64,000 bases of DNA from positions 38,073 through 102,072 of the forward strand of contig CAZJCG010000001.1 of NCBI GenBank assembly GCA_964544545.1. Reading direction: 5' to 3'. Of the stretch, positions 10,028 to 19,523 are shown in pieces; positions within the stretch are counted from its first letter, which is position 1, and every line of letters begins with the position of its first letter. A program made the position numbers and the translations under genes. Below the pieces are notes generated by a model. The model did not search any database. It was not told the DNA's origin and saw only the letters and a list, made by a program, of their open reading frames with translations. This stretch comes from an uncultured Lentimicrobiaceae bacterium (lineage in GTDB: Bacteria > Bacteroidota > Bacteroidia > Bacteroidales > UBA4417).

Positions 10028-10801
10028 TCAATACCTGATCCCCCAGAAAGGAGGCTCTTCCGCAGCACGCCGGTCTTTCACATGATTTTCCAGAACACGG
10101 TAGTAGTCCGCTTCATTAACGTGCTTCCCCTTGATTTTTCTGGGCAGATCCATTTCATTGGTCAGGGGGCGCAGTTCGATCTTATCAGCTGTGATTACCA
10201 TGGCGCCGTCGTTGACATCTACTTCCAGGATCATTCCGGGCAGACCGCAAAACCTCTCGGGACCGGAGCTCAGAGGCATATCCATGGCAAACCAGGCGAT
10301 CACTTTCTGCTGCTTGATGGTATCGGTCCAGGCGGCATCCATGCATATATGACCGGCCACTTCCTTGATATCATTCAGGATCTTCCAGTTTTGAGGCCGG
10401 AGTGAATCCTGTATAATATAAACCTTTCCGAGAAGCTGGATCATATCGAAGATCGTATTGTCGCTGAAGTTGCGCCGTATGGCGTAAACATCCTGCCGCC
10501 ATGAATAGCCCTCATCATCGCGCTCGGCACGTTCTTCCGAATCACGATAGAAGGTTTTACCCGGGGCCATGTATAACTCGGTATACTCCTTCCACTCTGC
10601 ACGATTCCCCCACATATAGGTAATACGTTCACGCTGCTGTTTACTCAAATAATCAACCGCCGCCATCTTCTTTGTCCAGTTGTGGGTAACAAGGTAACGG
10701 ATCTTCCCTTCCAGACTCTGAGCAAAACTTCCTGTGCCGGTAAAAAGCAGGACCAACAGGATAAGCGGGAAAAGAAACGAACTATATTTCCGATGTTTCA
10801 T
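10028..10801 (-). CDS. GLPGLI family protein
   Basis: Signal peptide plus the family-defining CGLPGMILEV motif. Sits downstream of a CarboxypepD_reg-type OM barrel, a common Bacteroidota pairing. Confidence 0.8.
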   Translation of the reverse strand: MKHRKYSSFLFPLILLVLLFTGTGSFAQSLEGKIRYLVTHNWTKKMAAVDYLSKQQRERITYMWGNRAEWKEYTELYMAPGKTFYRDSEERAERDDEGYSWRQDVYAIRRNFSDNTIFDMIQLLGKVYIIQDSLRPQNWKILNDIKEVAGHICMDAAWTDTIKQQKVIAWFAMDMPLSSGPERFCGLPGMILEVDVNDGAMVITADKIELRPLTNEMDLPRKIKGKHVNEADYYRVLENHVKDRRAAEEPPFWGIRY

Positions 10802-10849
10802 AGTTTCAACTTTGAAGGTAATGTCTGTTAAAATGATCTGAACTGCTTT

Positions 10850-13666
10850 CTACCAAAAATTATTCTTTTTCAATTTATCCTCAAAGCCTCTCAGGTTATA
10901 GGAGAGACTCAGCATATAATATCTGGCCAGGGTGGGAGCGTTGGTATAAGAGATATAATTTGCCGATCCGTATTGCGAGACGTAAATCCGTTTGTTGAGA
11001 ATATCGAAGGCTGCCAGCCTTACCTCTATGCGGTTTTGTTTCCCGAACAACCGCCGGATGGAGCCATTCCAGATAGGCATATCCTGATCAAAACCAAGCT
11101 GGTCGTTCCGGAAGATGGAATAATTGAAGTTGCTTTCGAGGAAGAACTTCCCGGCAAACTGCCACTTAACAGAGGCCTGGGTTTGGTAATTCCGGATCTT
11201 CTGGTTTTGTTCCTGATGGATCGAATAGGTGATGTTGTTCATCCCTATACTCTCGGCGGCATAAAGGATAAGCTTGGGCGAAGGTGTCAATGTGATTCCG
11301 ACATCAATATTGAAACCCTTGTTCCGGGTTTCATTTAAAACATCGTTCACATAAGCAGGTGACTCACCGAGATTCACAGATCCGTTCATATCGATGGTCA
11401 GTTTGGTCTTGATAATCGGGAAACTCGACCAGACATACGTATTAAAATCTGTTCCGCCACTGACGTTTCCCGGCTTTGTGGTGGTGACAATTCCGGTACT
11501 GTCAACATAGCTGACCGTCTGGTTGTACACAATATTCCGGTCATAAGCACCGAAATTGCAGCCAATCCCCAGGCTGGCAAAGGATGCCGGATTCCAGTAA
11601 TTGAAAAACATACTGGCAGAATGTCTCAGTTCCGGCTTAAGTTCAGGATTACCCTCACTCCGGTACAGGGGGTTATCTGCATTGGGTACCGACTGCAGGT
11701 CGGAGAGGGATGGCTCATTGACCTGATAGGTATAACTGGCATTCAGCCACATATTATGCGGAAACTCATAGCTGGCTGAGAAGTTTGGGGTCCAGTTGAG
11801 ATAGGTTTTCTTCAACGAATCAGAATATGGCATATTGCGGTCAATGGCATAATTCCCTTCCTGCCGCAGTTGCTGACCAGCCAGGCCAATACTCGCATTA
11901 AGCCCTTTGTTTGAGTACCGGATGCTGCTTCCTATACGGTTGTAAAGCACATCGTTGGTATAATATACGCTCAGGCTGTCGATACGGCTGTTTGCATCGG
12001 CCGGGTTCAGTACCTGACGGTTGACACCGTTGCTGCTAAGGCTGAAATTATAGAAGGATTCCCAGAACCATGTCTTTGCCAGTGGTTCGGTATATAAAAG
12101 ACTGCTTTTTATCTGAGAAGCGTCATTTTCCCTTTCGTTCAGCTTCTGGATCTGTTCTTTGAAGGTATTAGCCTTGAAGAATTCATTGATCGACAGCAGG
12201 TCATCGGAACCGTCGGAATGGTTGATATTATAACCCACACTGGCGGCAAACGTTCTTCCTTTCTTTTTGAAACGATGCCGGTAAATAGCGGCACTGGTTA
12301 CACTCCACGAATCCAGCTCACTGCCGTTTTGCATGGAAAGTATATTATAGGGAGCTTCTTCCGAATTAAAATATGCCTGAGCCTGGTTATCCGTTTTGTC
12401 GGTGGTGGTGAACCTGAAATTGGCCTTCGCGATCAGCACATTGTTAGAGTCTACTTCCTTTTCAAAACGTGTTGCAAGGCTGTGGTTACCTTTGAAACTT
12501 GCCCGGGAAAGTGTATCCCGGTTAAAGAAGGAGCTATCCCCTACAAAGGTTTGTTTCCTTGAATACTGATCCAGTGACAGGCGGGTCTGGTTGTAAAAGT
12601 AACTGGCGTTAAACTTTGTTTTCTTGTTATCATAATTGTAGTTGGTACCAGCCCCGGCATTCTTCGTGAAGCCTCTTCCGTCGAAGTTGTTGCGCGGTGA
12701 ATCATCCGATTCGGAATAATAGGTGAACATACCGCCGGAACTGAATCCAAAATCGCCGTTATCATAATTGTTGAAGGCATTCTGGCCCATAAACTCTCCA
12801 TAATCTTCCCAGTTAACTCCGGTCTGGTTGATATTGTTGGCATAGCCGATGAACGACAGCTGGTTTTTCTCATTGAAACGGTTATAATTACCCCGGGTGG
12901 CCCAACGATCATCCGTGCCTCCTGCAACGGTCATTTTCCCGAATGCCCCTTTTTTATACTCTTCCTTGAGCTCCAGATTCATAGCCTTTTCCTTGGTACC
13001 ATCTTCGATCCCGGTAAGCTTGGCCTGTTCTGATTTTTCATCATAGACCTGTACCTTGGATATGGTTTCGGCTCCCAGGTTTTTGGTAACGCTCTTCGGG
13101 TCATCCCCGAAAAAAGTTTTACCATCAACGAAGACCCGCTTCACGTCTTTCCCCTGTGTTTTGATATTGCCATCAGCATCTACTTCGATCCCGGGAAGTC
13201 GTCGCAGAAGATCTTCCACTGTGGATCCGGGCGGAACCTTGAAAGTGGTGGCATCGTATTCAACCGTATCCCCGCGGATTTTTAACGGTGCTTTTGCGGC
13301 TCGCACAACTACTTCCATCAAAGCCAGCGAAATCGGTTTTACCCGTATTACTCCCAGATCATTGACAGGGGTTGTTGATACCGGTATAAGCTGCTGATGC
13401 GGCAGATAACTGATATGAGAGATCTTGAGCAGATAGGGAATATTCCTCACGTTGTTAAAGCTGAACGCTCCCGTGGCATCACTGGTTGTAAAGTTCACCA
13501 GAGTGCTGTCCTTTGGGGTTAGCAGCATAACGGTAGCAAACGGCACTTCAGCATTTGTGGAATCACGGATGATAGATTTAATAGTGACCTTCCCGGGATT
13601 TTGTGCCTGCATGATTAAAGAAATGCAGACCAACAGGAGTGCCAGGGACTTATTAAGGTAATTCAT
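10850..13666 (-). CDS. outer-membrane beta-barrel / TonB-dependent receptor-like protein with an N-terminal carboxypeptidase-regulatory-like domain
   Basis: Signal peptide. CarboxypepD_reg-like segment (VPFATVMLL...SDATGAFSF). Plug-like segment (TVEDLLRRLPGIEVDADGNIKTQGK.VKRVFVDGK). Long Y/N/S-rich barrel ending in an aromatic residue (NNFW). Confidence 0.8.
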   Translation of the reverse strand: MNYLNKSLALLLVCISLIMQAQNPGKVTIKSIIRDSTNAEVPFATVMLLTPKDSTLVNFTTSDATGAFSFNNVRNIPYLLKISHISYLPHQQLIPVSTTPVNDLGVIRVKPISLALMEVVVRAAKAPLKIRGDTVEYDATTFKVPPGSTVEDLLRRLPGIEVDADGNIKTQGKDVKRVFVDGKTFFGDDPKSVTKNLGAETISKVQVYDEKSEQAKLTGIEDGTKEKAMNLELKEEYKKGAFGKMTVAGGTDDRWATRGNYNRFNEKNQLSFIGYANNINQTGVNWEDYGEFMGQNAFNNYDNGDFGFSSGGMFTYYSESDDSPRNNFDGRGFTKNAGAGTNYNYDNKKTKFNASYFYNQTRLSLDQYSRKQTFVGDSSFFNRDTLSRASFKGNHSLATRFEKEVDSNNVLIAKANFRFTTTDKTDNQAQAYFNSEEAPYNILSMQNGSELDSWSVTSAAIYRHRFKKKGRTFAASVGYNINHSDGSDDLLSINEFFKANTFKEQIQKLNERENDASQIKSSLLYTEPLAKTWFWESFYNFSLSSNGVNRQVLNPADANSRIDSLSVYYTNDVLYNRIGSSIRYSNKGLNASIGLAGQQLRQEGNYAIDRNMPYSDSLKKTYLNWTPNFSASYEFPHNMWLNASYTYQVNEPSLSDLQSVPNADNPLYRSEGNPELKPELRHSASMFFNYWNPASFASLGIGCNFGAYDRNIVYNQTVSYVDSTGIVTTTKPGNVSGGTDFNTYVWSSFPIIKTKLTIDMNGSVNLGESPAYVNDVLNETRNKGFNIDVGITLTPSPKLILYAAESIGMNNITYSIHQEQNQKIRNYQTQASVKWQFAGKFFLESNFNYSIFRNDQLGFDQDMPIWNGSIRRLFGKQNRIEVRLAAFDILNKRIYVSQYGSANYISYTNAPTLARYYMLSLSYNLRGFEDKLKKNNFW

Positions 13667-14045
13667 GGGGGTTAGGGTTATCTTATGAATACAGCAATAA
13701 TGATCTGATTTTCAAAAGTAAAAACGAAAATTTGTATTGCGCTGACAAGTCGATCTTCGTTATCCGTGACTTAATAACTTAAGTTTTACATGAAAATTGT
13801 CAGCATATATACAATTATTTTCAGCATTTCAGAGGATACAAATTTCTGTAAGATGTGCTATAAATTACCAGAGTATCGGATTATTAAGAGAATTTAACAA
13901 ATCGCCGGAGCCAGCAGGGTCCCGGATAGATAAGAATCATTGATAACGTTGCTGTTTCCCATAGAAGAACTCCGGGCCTGCGGTTCCATCCGAAGGAGAC
14001 CTTCAGACCATTGGGCACAGCCGTTGCGATCTTTTGCAAAAGCAA

Positions 14046-14070
14046 AGGGGATGTCACGATGACATCCCCT
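14046..14070 (-). terminator. candidate rho-independent terminator of the tryptophanase gene
   Basis: aggggatgtc (14046-14055) and gacatcccct (14061-14070) form a perfect 10-bp stem with a 5-nt loop. It lies about 50 nt past the stop codon. On the transcribed strand it is followed by TTGCTTTTGC. Confidence 0.5.
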
Positions 14071-14119
14071 CAGGCAACTTTGGTATTTCTGGTGGTTGAG
14101 GTGACAGAGATCAGATATC

Positions 14120-15517
14120 CTACACAGCAGACGCAACAAGCTGTACAGGTTTCAGCCGAACCGTAAAATGCCGGAGGATCGGTGCTTCGTAAGTGATTTC
14201 AAGTCCACTGGCAATTGATTTACGTCGATTGTAAACATTGGCCGTTACTGCAGCGATATACTCCATGTGGTTATTGGTATAGACCCGGCGCGGAATGGCG
14301 AGCCGGACCAGTTCGAGTGCAGGATAACGGTTCTGGCGGGTCAGCGGATCACGGTCGGCCATGATGGCGCCAATCTCAACACCCCTGACGCCTCCTTCGA
14401 GATAGAGTTCAACGGCCAGCGTCTGGGCACGGTAGTATTCCTTTGGAAGATGAGAAAGGATCTTGTTGGCATCAATGAATATGGCATGCCCTCCCGACGG
14501 ACGTTGAACAGGAACGCCGTATTCCGTGAGGAGTTTCCCAAGATAACCCACCTGGCTTACGCGGGCATCGAGGTAATCGTAATCGCAGGCTTCATAAAGG
14601 CCCTGTGCAAGGGCTGCCATGTCGCGACCGGCCAGTCCGCCATAGGTTACGAATCCTTCGAACATGATATTGAAAACCGAAGCCTGGCGCCAGATTTCAG
14701 GATCACGTAATCCGATAAAGCCACCGATATTGACGATCCCGTCCTTTTTGCTGCTCATGGTCATGCCATCAGCCAGGGCGAACATATCGGCTACGATCTC
14801 CCGGATGCTCCTGTTTTGTTGACCAGGTTCACGCTGCTTGATGAAGTATGCATTCTCGGCATAGCGTGCCGAGTCGTATATAAGCATTATCCCGTATTTC
14901 CTTGCCATAGCGCTTACCTGCCTCAGGTTCTCCAGCGAAACCGGCTGACCTCCGGACGAGTTGCAGGTAACAGTGACAATAATAAAAGGTATCTTTTCCT
15001 TGGGGTATTTCTTCAGGACAGCCTCAAGTTTTTCAAGGTCTACATTCCCTTTGAAAGGATGCTCTATTTCGGTGTCGAAGGCTTCATCAATCGTACAGTC
15101 GATGGCTTCAGCCTTACGGAATTCAATATGGCCTTTGGTAGTATCGAAGTGGGAATTTCCGGGCACAACATTGCCCTCTTTCACCAGCACGCTGAATAAT
15201 ACATTCTCGGCAGCCCTGCCCTGGTGTGTCGGAAGGAAATGCTCAAAGCCAAAGATATCCTTAATGGCTGACTTGAGTTTGTAATAGGAGGCTGAACCGG
15301 CATAGGATTCATCGCCCCGCATCATCTCAGCCCACTGTTGGTCGCTCATGGCGCCGGTTCCGGAATCGGTGAGCAGGTCGATGAAAACCTGTTCGGATCG
15401 GAGGTTAAACAAGTTGTAACCGGCTTCTGCAATCCACCGCTCCCGGTCTTTACGGGTGCTCTTGCGGATTGTTTCCACCATCTTTATCTTATAAGGTTCG
15501 GCAAAAGGTAATTCCAT
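14120..15517 (-). CDS. tnaA: tryptophanase (beta-eliminating lyase family; tyrosine phenol-lyase not excluded)
   Basis: Alignable by eye along its full length to TnaA/TPL: MELPFAEPYKIKMVE, DLLTDSGTGAMS, PTHQGRAAE, DSARYAENAYFIKQRE, PLP-lysine region MSSKKDG, RLAIPRRVYT. Confidence 0.8.
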   Translation of the reverse strand: MELPFAEPYKIKMVETIRKSTRKDRERWIAEAGYNLFNLRSEQVFIDLLTDSGTGAMSDQQWAEMMRGDESYAGSASYYKLKSAIKDIFGFEHFLPTHQGRAAENVLFSVLVKEGNVVPGNSHFDTTKGHIEFRKAEAIDCTIDEAFDTEIEHPFKGNVDLEKLEAVLKKYPKEKIPFIIVTVTCNSSGGQPVSLENLRQVSAMARKYGIMLIYDSARYAENAYFIKQREPGQQNRSIREIVADMFALADGMTMSSKKDGIVNIGGFIGLRDPEIWRQASVFNIMFEGFVTYGGLAGRDMAALAQGLYEACDYDYLDARVSQVGYLGKLLTEYGVPVQRPSGGHAIFIDANKILSHLPKEYYRAQTLAVELYLEGGVRGVEIGAIMADRDPLTRQNRYPALELVRLAIPRRVYTNNHMEYIAAVTANVYNRRKSIASGLEITYEAPILRHFTVRLKPVQLVASAV

Positions 15518-15694
15518 TTTATTCTTTCTTAATCAAATTTCTAATACTGTGTTAATTGGGATCAAAACAAGCGCATATGAAAACTATCTCTTTCTTTAAG
15601 AAAGCGGTACAGAGATTTCCTGGTATATAACGGATGTATGCGATTCATCGGTCAGCTTTTGAAGCGCGCCAAATATACATTATTTTGAGAAATC

Positions 15695-15822
15695 AAACTG
15701 AATCTTAACAGGTATGCTCTCCATCGGAGGGACTCTTCGAGTCGAAGCAAAGCTGATTAGATTCAGTAATACTGAGCAAGTTCCGAATAACAAATTTCGC
15801 AAACCTGTTCAGCCGCAGTATA
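15695..15822. mobile_element. MITE/REPIN-like inverted-repeat element, copy 1 (about 128 bp)
   Basis: Left end actgaatcttaacaggtatg. Right end caaacctgttcagccgcagtata (15800-15822). These match the termini of the copy at 52146-52248. Contains an extra inner arm ctctccatcggagggactcttcgagtcg. Lies in the divergent tnaA/hydrolase intergenic region. Confidence 0.6.
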
Positions 15823-15888
15823 CAAAAAATGCAGACTTTTGCAGAGCGTCCGAAACTGTTCACTTCCAGGCTTTCCGGCTTTCAAAAA

Positions 15889-17274
15889 ATGAAAAAAATT
15901 TTACATTATATTTTGTTCCTCGCCTTGCTGCTTATCCTGCTGCCGTCATGCGGAAAAAGCCATTCCGGCAATGGATTAAATCCGGAATTCAAACCGGGAA
16001 CTGTAGTCGGCCGGGTGACTGTTCAGGCTGATACACTGCAAACCTATGCCCTTTTTGTTCCTTCCGGGTATTCCGGTGATACAAAGTGGCCATTGGTGAT
16101 CTGTTTCGACCCTCATGCCGAAGGACTGCTCCCGGTCAACCTGTTCAAAGCACAGGCAGAAAAATACGGGTTCATCCTGGCGGGTTCCAACAACTCAAAG
16201 AACGGCCTGTCGTTGGATGAAACCACCGGCATTTGCCGGAATATGCTGGAGGACCTGAAACAACGCTTTGCCGTTGATGATTCGGTGATCTATCTTGCAG
16301 GATTCTCGGGCGGATCACGGGTGGCAGGCAGCATCGCTCTCACCGAAGGTACCATTGCCGGAGTGATTGGCTGCGGGGCAGGACTTCCCAATCTTAATCA
16401 AAGACCCGTCAGGAAATTCAGTTATCTGGCTGTCGCCGGGACCAAAGATTTCAACTATTCCGAACTCCGGCAACTCGACGATGTGCTCGAATCGGCAGGT
16501 TTCACCCATTATATGCTTGAATTCGACGGCCCCCATGCCTGGCCTCCTGATTCTTTAACAAGTCCCATATTTACCTGGATCCAGTTCGACCGGATGCGCA
16601 ACGGAAGTCTGCCGGCCGACCGGGACGCAATCAACCGTTTCATCGATCAGACATACTCCAATGCAGAGAAAGCAGGGAAAACTGACCTGCTTCGAAAGGT
16701 AAGCATCCTGAAGATGATGAAGCATTACCTGGACGGACTCACCGACATCACTCCCCTGCAGGATGAAATAGACAGGCTTGAGAAAGATCCCTTGGTAATG
16801 AAATTGGAGGAAAACCAGGCACTCCTGTTTGAAAAAGAAAACTACCTGAAGGAAGGGTATGCCCGCCAGTTGCAGACAGAAAGCCTCGGATGGTGGTCGC
16901 AGGAAGCCGCAAAACTCCGGAAAAAGGCAAACGCTCCTTCCAACTCTGCTGAAACAGCCATGTATCAGCGTGTACTTGGTTTCCTGAGTATGAATTCCTA
17001 TTCCTTGTCGAATTCGGCTTTAAAAATGAATGACCTTACCGCTGCGGATCATGCGATCGGATTGTACGAGGCCGTTGATCCGGAGAATCCCGAACACCGG
17101 TACATGGCTGCTACCGTTTCGATAAAAAAAGGTAACAGCAGCCTGGCTATCAACCAACTTTCTTCTGCCATCAAACTGGGGTTCAAGGATTTCACCCGAT
17201 TGAAAAACGACCCGATATTTACCCCTCTACATGGCAATCCTCAGTTTCAAAAGCTATTTCCTACCCATCCTTAA
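15889..17274 (+). CDS. lipoprotein with an N-terminal alpha/beta-hydrolase (esterase-like) domain and a helical C-terminal domain
   Basis: ATG at 15889 gives MKKILHYILFLALLLILLPSCGK (lipobox). GxSxG nucleophile elbow GFSGGS. C-terminal half is helical and TPR-like. Exact family not recognised. Confidence 0.55.
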   Translation: MKKILHYILFLALLLILLPSCGKSHSGNGLNPEFKPGTVVGRVTVQADTLQTYALFVPSGYSGDTKWPLVICFDPHAEGLLPVNLFKAQAEKYGFILAGSNNSKNGLSLDETTGICRNMLEDLKQRFAVDDSVIYLAGFSGGSRVAGSIALTEGTIAGVIGCGAGLPNLNQRPVRKFSYLAVAGTKDFNYSELRQLDDVLESAGFTHYMLEFDGPHAWPPDSLTSPIFTWIQFDRMRNGSLPADRDAINRFIDQTYSNAEKAGKTDLLRKVSILKMMKHYLDGLTDITPLQDEIDRLEKDPLVMKLEENQALLFEKENYLKEGYARQLQTESLGWWSQEAAKLRKKANAPSNSAETAMYQRVLGFLSMNSYSLSNSALKMNDLTAADHAIGLYEAVDPENPEHRYMAATVSIKKGNSSLAINQLSSAIKLGFKDFTRLKNDPIFTPLHGNPQFQKLFPTHP

Positions 17275-17284
17275 AACTACTAAA

Positions 17285-18553
17285 ATGAAGAAATTATTCC
17301 TGCTGGCGTTTTTGTTAACGGTTTTATCAGCAAATGCAGCCTTCGACGACTGGTTCTATCCCAGGACACTGCGGATCGATTACTACCATAGCGGAGATTC
17401 AAAAAGTGAGTCCTATTCCATCGACCGTCTTCTGAGCGAGGAATACTGGGGCGGATCCAGGACCAACCTGCTCGATACCCTCAACATGGGAAAATACTTT
17501 TTTAAAGCCTTTGACGTGGCTACCAACAAGTTGATATACAGTCATGGGTACTGCACGCTGTTCGATGAGTGGCAGTTTACGGAAGAAGCAAAGACAACCC
17601 GTAAAAGTTTCACTGAAACCGTAGTCATGCCTTACCCGAAACAGGATGTGCGGCTGGAATTTTACAGCCGGAACAATAAAGGGCATTTCGACAAGGTCTT
17701 CGAATATGTGGTTGATGTGGACAGCTACTTTATCTCCACCGAACGGCGTTACATTTTCCCGGTTTATGAGGTATTGAAGAGCGGCGATCCTGCAAACACT
17801 ATCGACGTGGTGATCCTGCCTGAAGGTTATACGGATAAAGAGATGGATCTTTTCAAGTCCGATTGCGACAAGTTTGCCAGGGAACTTTTCACCTTTGATC
17901 CGTACTCCAAAAACAAGGATAAGTTCAACATCAGAGGTATCCTGGCCCCGTCAGCCGAAAGCGGCACCGACATCCCGGGTGACCGGATCTGGAAGAACAC
18001 TATCCTGAATTCGCAGTTCTATACCTTCGATTCGGAACGCTACCTCATGACCTTCGACAACAGGAGTGTACGCGATGTAGCATCCAATGCTCCCTATGAC
18101 ATCATTTATATACTGGTGAACAGTACCAAGTACGGAGGCGGTGCCATCTATAATCATTACAACACCTCGGTGAACAGCAATGTTTCCTCTGCCAAGATCT
18201 TCGTCCACGAACTGGGCCATGGATTTGCCGGTCTGGGGGATGAATACGACGACGGCTCTACTGCATTCAATGACATGTATCCACTGGATATCGAACCCTG
18301 GGAGCCTAACCTGACGACCCTGGCAGACTTCAGCCGAAAATGGAAGGATATGCTGCCTGCCGGAACACTTATCCCTACCCCGCTGAACCCAGAGGATCCT
18401 CTGAAACTGGGTGTTTATGAAGGTGGAGGTTACGTAACCAAAGGCATTTACCGTCCGGTGACCGACTGCCTGATGCGCACCTTTAAAGGGAATGAATTCT
18501 GCCCGGTATGCAAACGTGCTATCCAGCAGATGATTGATGTTTATACGAAGTAA
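17285..18553 (+). CDS. M64 family (IgA peptidase-like) metallopeptidase
   Basis: HELGHGFAGLGDEY (HExxH plus GLxDEY), typical of peptidase M64. ATG at 17285 gives the signal peptide MKKLFLLAFLLTVLSANA and removes overlap with the upstream gene. Confidence 0.85.
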   Translation: MKKLFLLAFLLTVLSANAAFDDWFYPRTLRIDYYHSGDSKSESYSIDRLLSEEYWGGSRTNLLDTLNMGKYFFKAFDVATNKLIYSHGYCTLFDEWQFTEEAKTTRKSFTETVVMPYPKQDVRLEFYSRNNKGHFDKVFEYVVDVDSYFISTERRYIFPVYEVLKSGDPANTIDVVILPEGYTDKEMDLFKSDCDKFARELFTFDPYSKNKDKFNIRGILAPSAESGTDIPGDRIWKNTILNSQFYTFDSERYLMTFDNRSVRDVASNAPYDIIYILVNSTKYGGGAIYNHYNTSVNSNVSSAKIFVHELGHGFAGLGDEYDDGSTAFNDMYPLDIEPWEPNLTTLADFSRKWKDMLPAGTLIPTPLNPEDPLKLGVYEGGGYVTKGIYRPVTDCLMRTFKGNEFCPVCKRAIQQMIDVYTK

Positions 18554-18554
18554 A

Positions 18555-19440
18555 GGGAAGAAAAGATAAAAGATAAAAGTAAAAAGATAAAAGATACAAT
18601 TTGAGAATGTAAAAATGTATGAATTTGAGAATTAGTTAATTAGCTGATTTGATGATTCGACGATTCGGTGATTGAATTTCAATTGTAATCATCCTTTTAG
18701 CCCTTTGCCCTAAGCTCTTTGCTGATTAAAGACAAAAGATAAAAGGAAAAAGATAAAAGACTTACGATGAATGGCTACGAATGACTATGAATGACCATGA
18801 ATGACAGCTCACAAATGCTCTGCACCTAGCCCTAAGCTCTTTGCTGATTAAAGATAAAAGACAAAAGGCAAAAGATAAAAGATACAATTTAAGAATGTAG
18901 GAATGTAGAAATTTGAGAATTAGTTAATTAGCTAATTCGGTGATTCGATGATTCGATGATTGAAATTCAATTGTACCTCAGCTCTTTGCCCTCTGCTACA
19001 TTATGATAAAAGCCTTCAATAAATGACGATGAATGGCTACGAATTACTATGAATGACCATGAATGACCATGAATGACAGCTCACAAATGATCTGCACCTA
19101 GCCCTAAGCTCTTTGCTGATTAAAGATAAAAGACAAAAGACAAAAGACAAAAGATAAAAGATACAATTTGAGAATGTAGGAATGTAGGAGTTTGAGAATT
19201 AGTTAATTAGCTGATTCGGTGATTCGACGATTCGGTGATTGAATTTCAATTGTACTTCATCCTCTTAGCCCTTTGCCCTAAGCTCTTTGCTGATTAAAGA
19301 CAAAAGATAAAAGGAAAAAGATAAAAGACTTACGATGAATGGCTACGAATGACTATGAATGACAACGAATGATCCGCCAGCCGGCGGAAGTGACAACTTA
19401 CTCCCTGCTCTCTGCTCTCAGCCCTTTGCCATTTGCACCT
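18555..19440. repeat. composite higher-order tandem repeat (about 280-290 bp period, 3 copies) built from nested 7-10-nt micro-repeats
   Basis: The marker gatacaattt recurs at 18593, 18881 and 19160. The junction taagctctttgctgattaaaga recurs at 18711, 18833, 19105 and 19279. Sub-modules: (aaaga[tc]aaaag)n, gaatgtag doublets, gaattagttaattagctgatt, (tgattcgn)n, (atgaatgac[ct])n. No ORF of 60 aa or more. Confidence 0.9.
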
Positions 19441-19445
19441 GCCTG

Positions 19446-19453
19446 TAGTTTTG
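19446..19453 (+). promoter_or_regulatory. candidate Bacteroidota -7 promoter element for mtnA
   Basis: tagttttg matches the TAnnTTTG consensus 71 nt upstream of the ATG. No convincing -33 TTTG at canonical spacing. Confidence 0.25.
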
Positions 19454-19523
19454 TAGTCAGAGCCGAAGGATTTTTCAGGGTCTTGCTAAATGTTGCCAAT
19501 AATTACCGCACGCACATCAGCCT

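Noticed and set aside
13894-14139. 81-aa minus-strand ORF overlapping the tnaA stop and terminator hairpin.
   Set aside because: It overlaps the 3' end of tnaA and contains the terminator palindrome. The translation is Cys/His/Arg-rich with no family features.
18555-19440. CRISPR array interpretation of the two repeat arrays (also 31332-31735).
   Set aside because: There is no constant 25-40-nt direct repeat alternating with unique spacers of similar size. The sequence between recurring motifs is itself repetitive, and no cas genes are present in the window.
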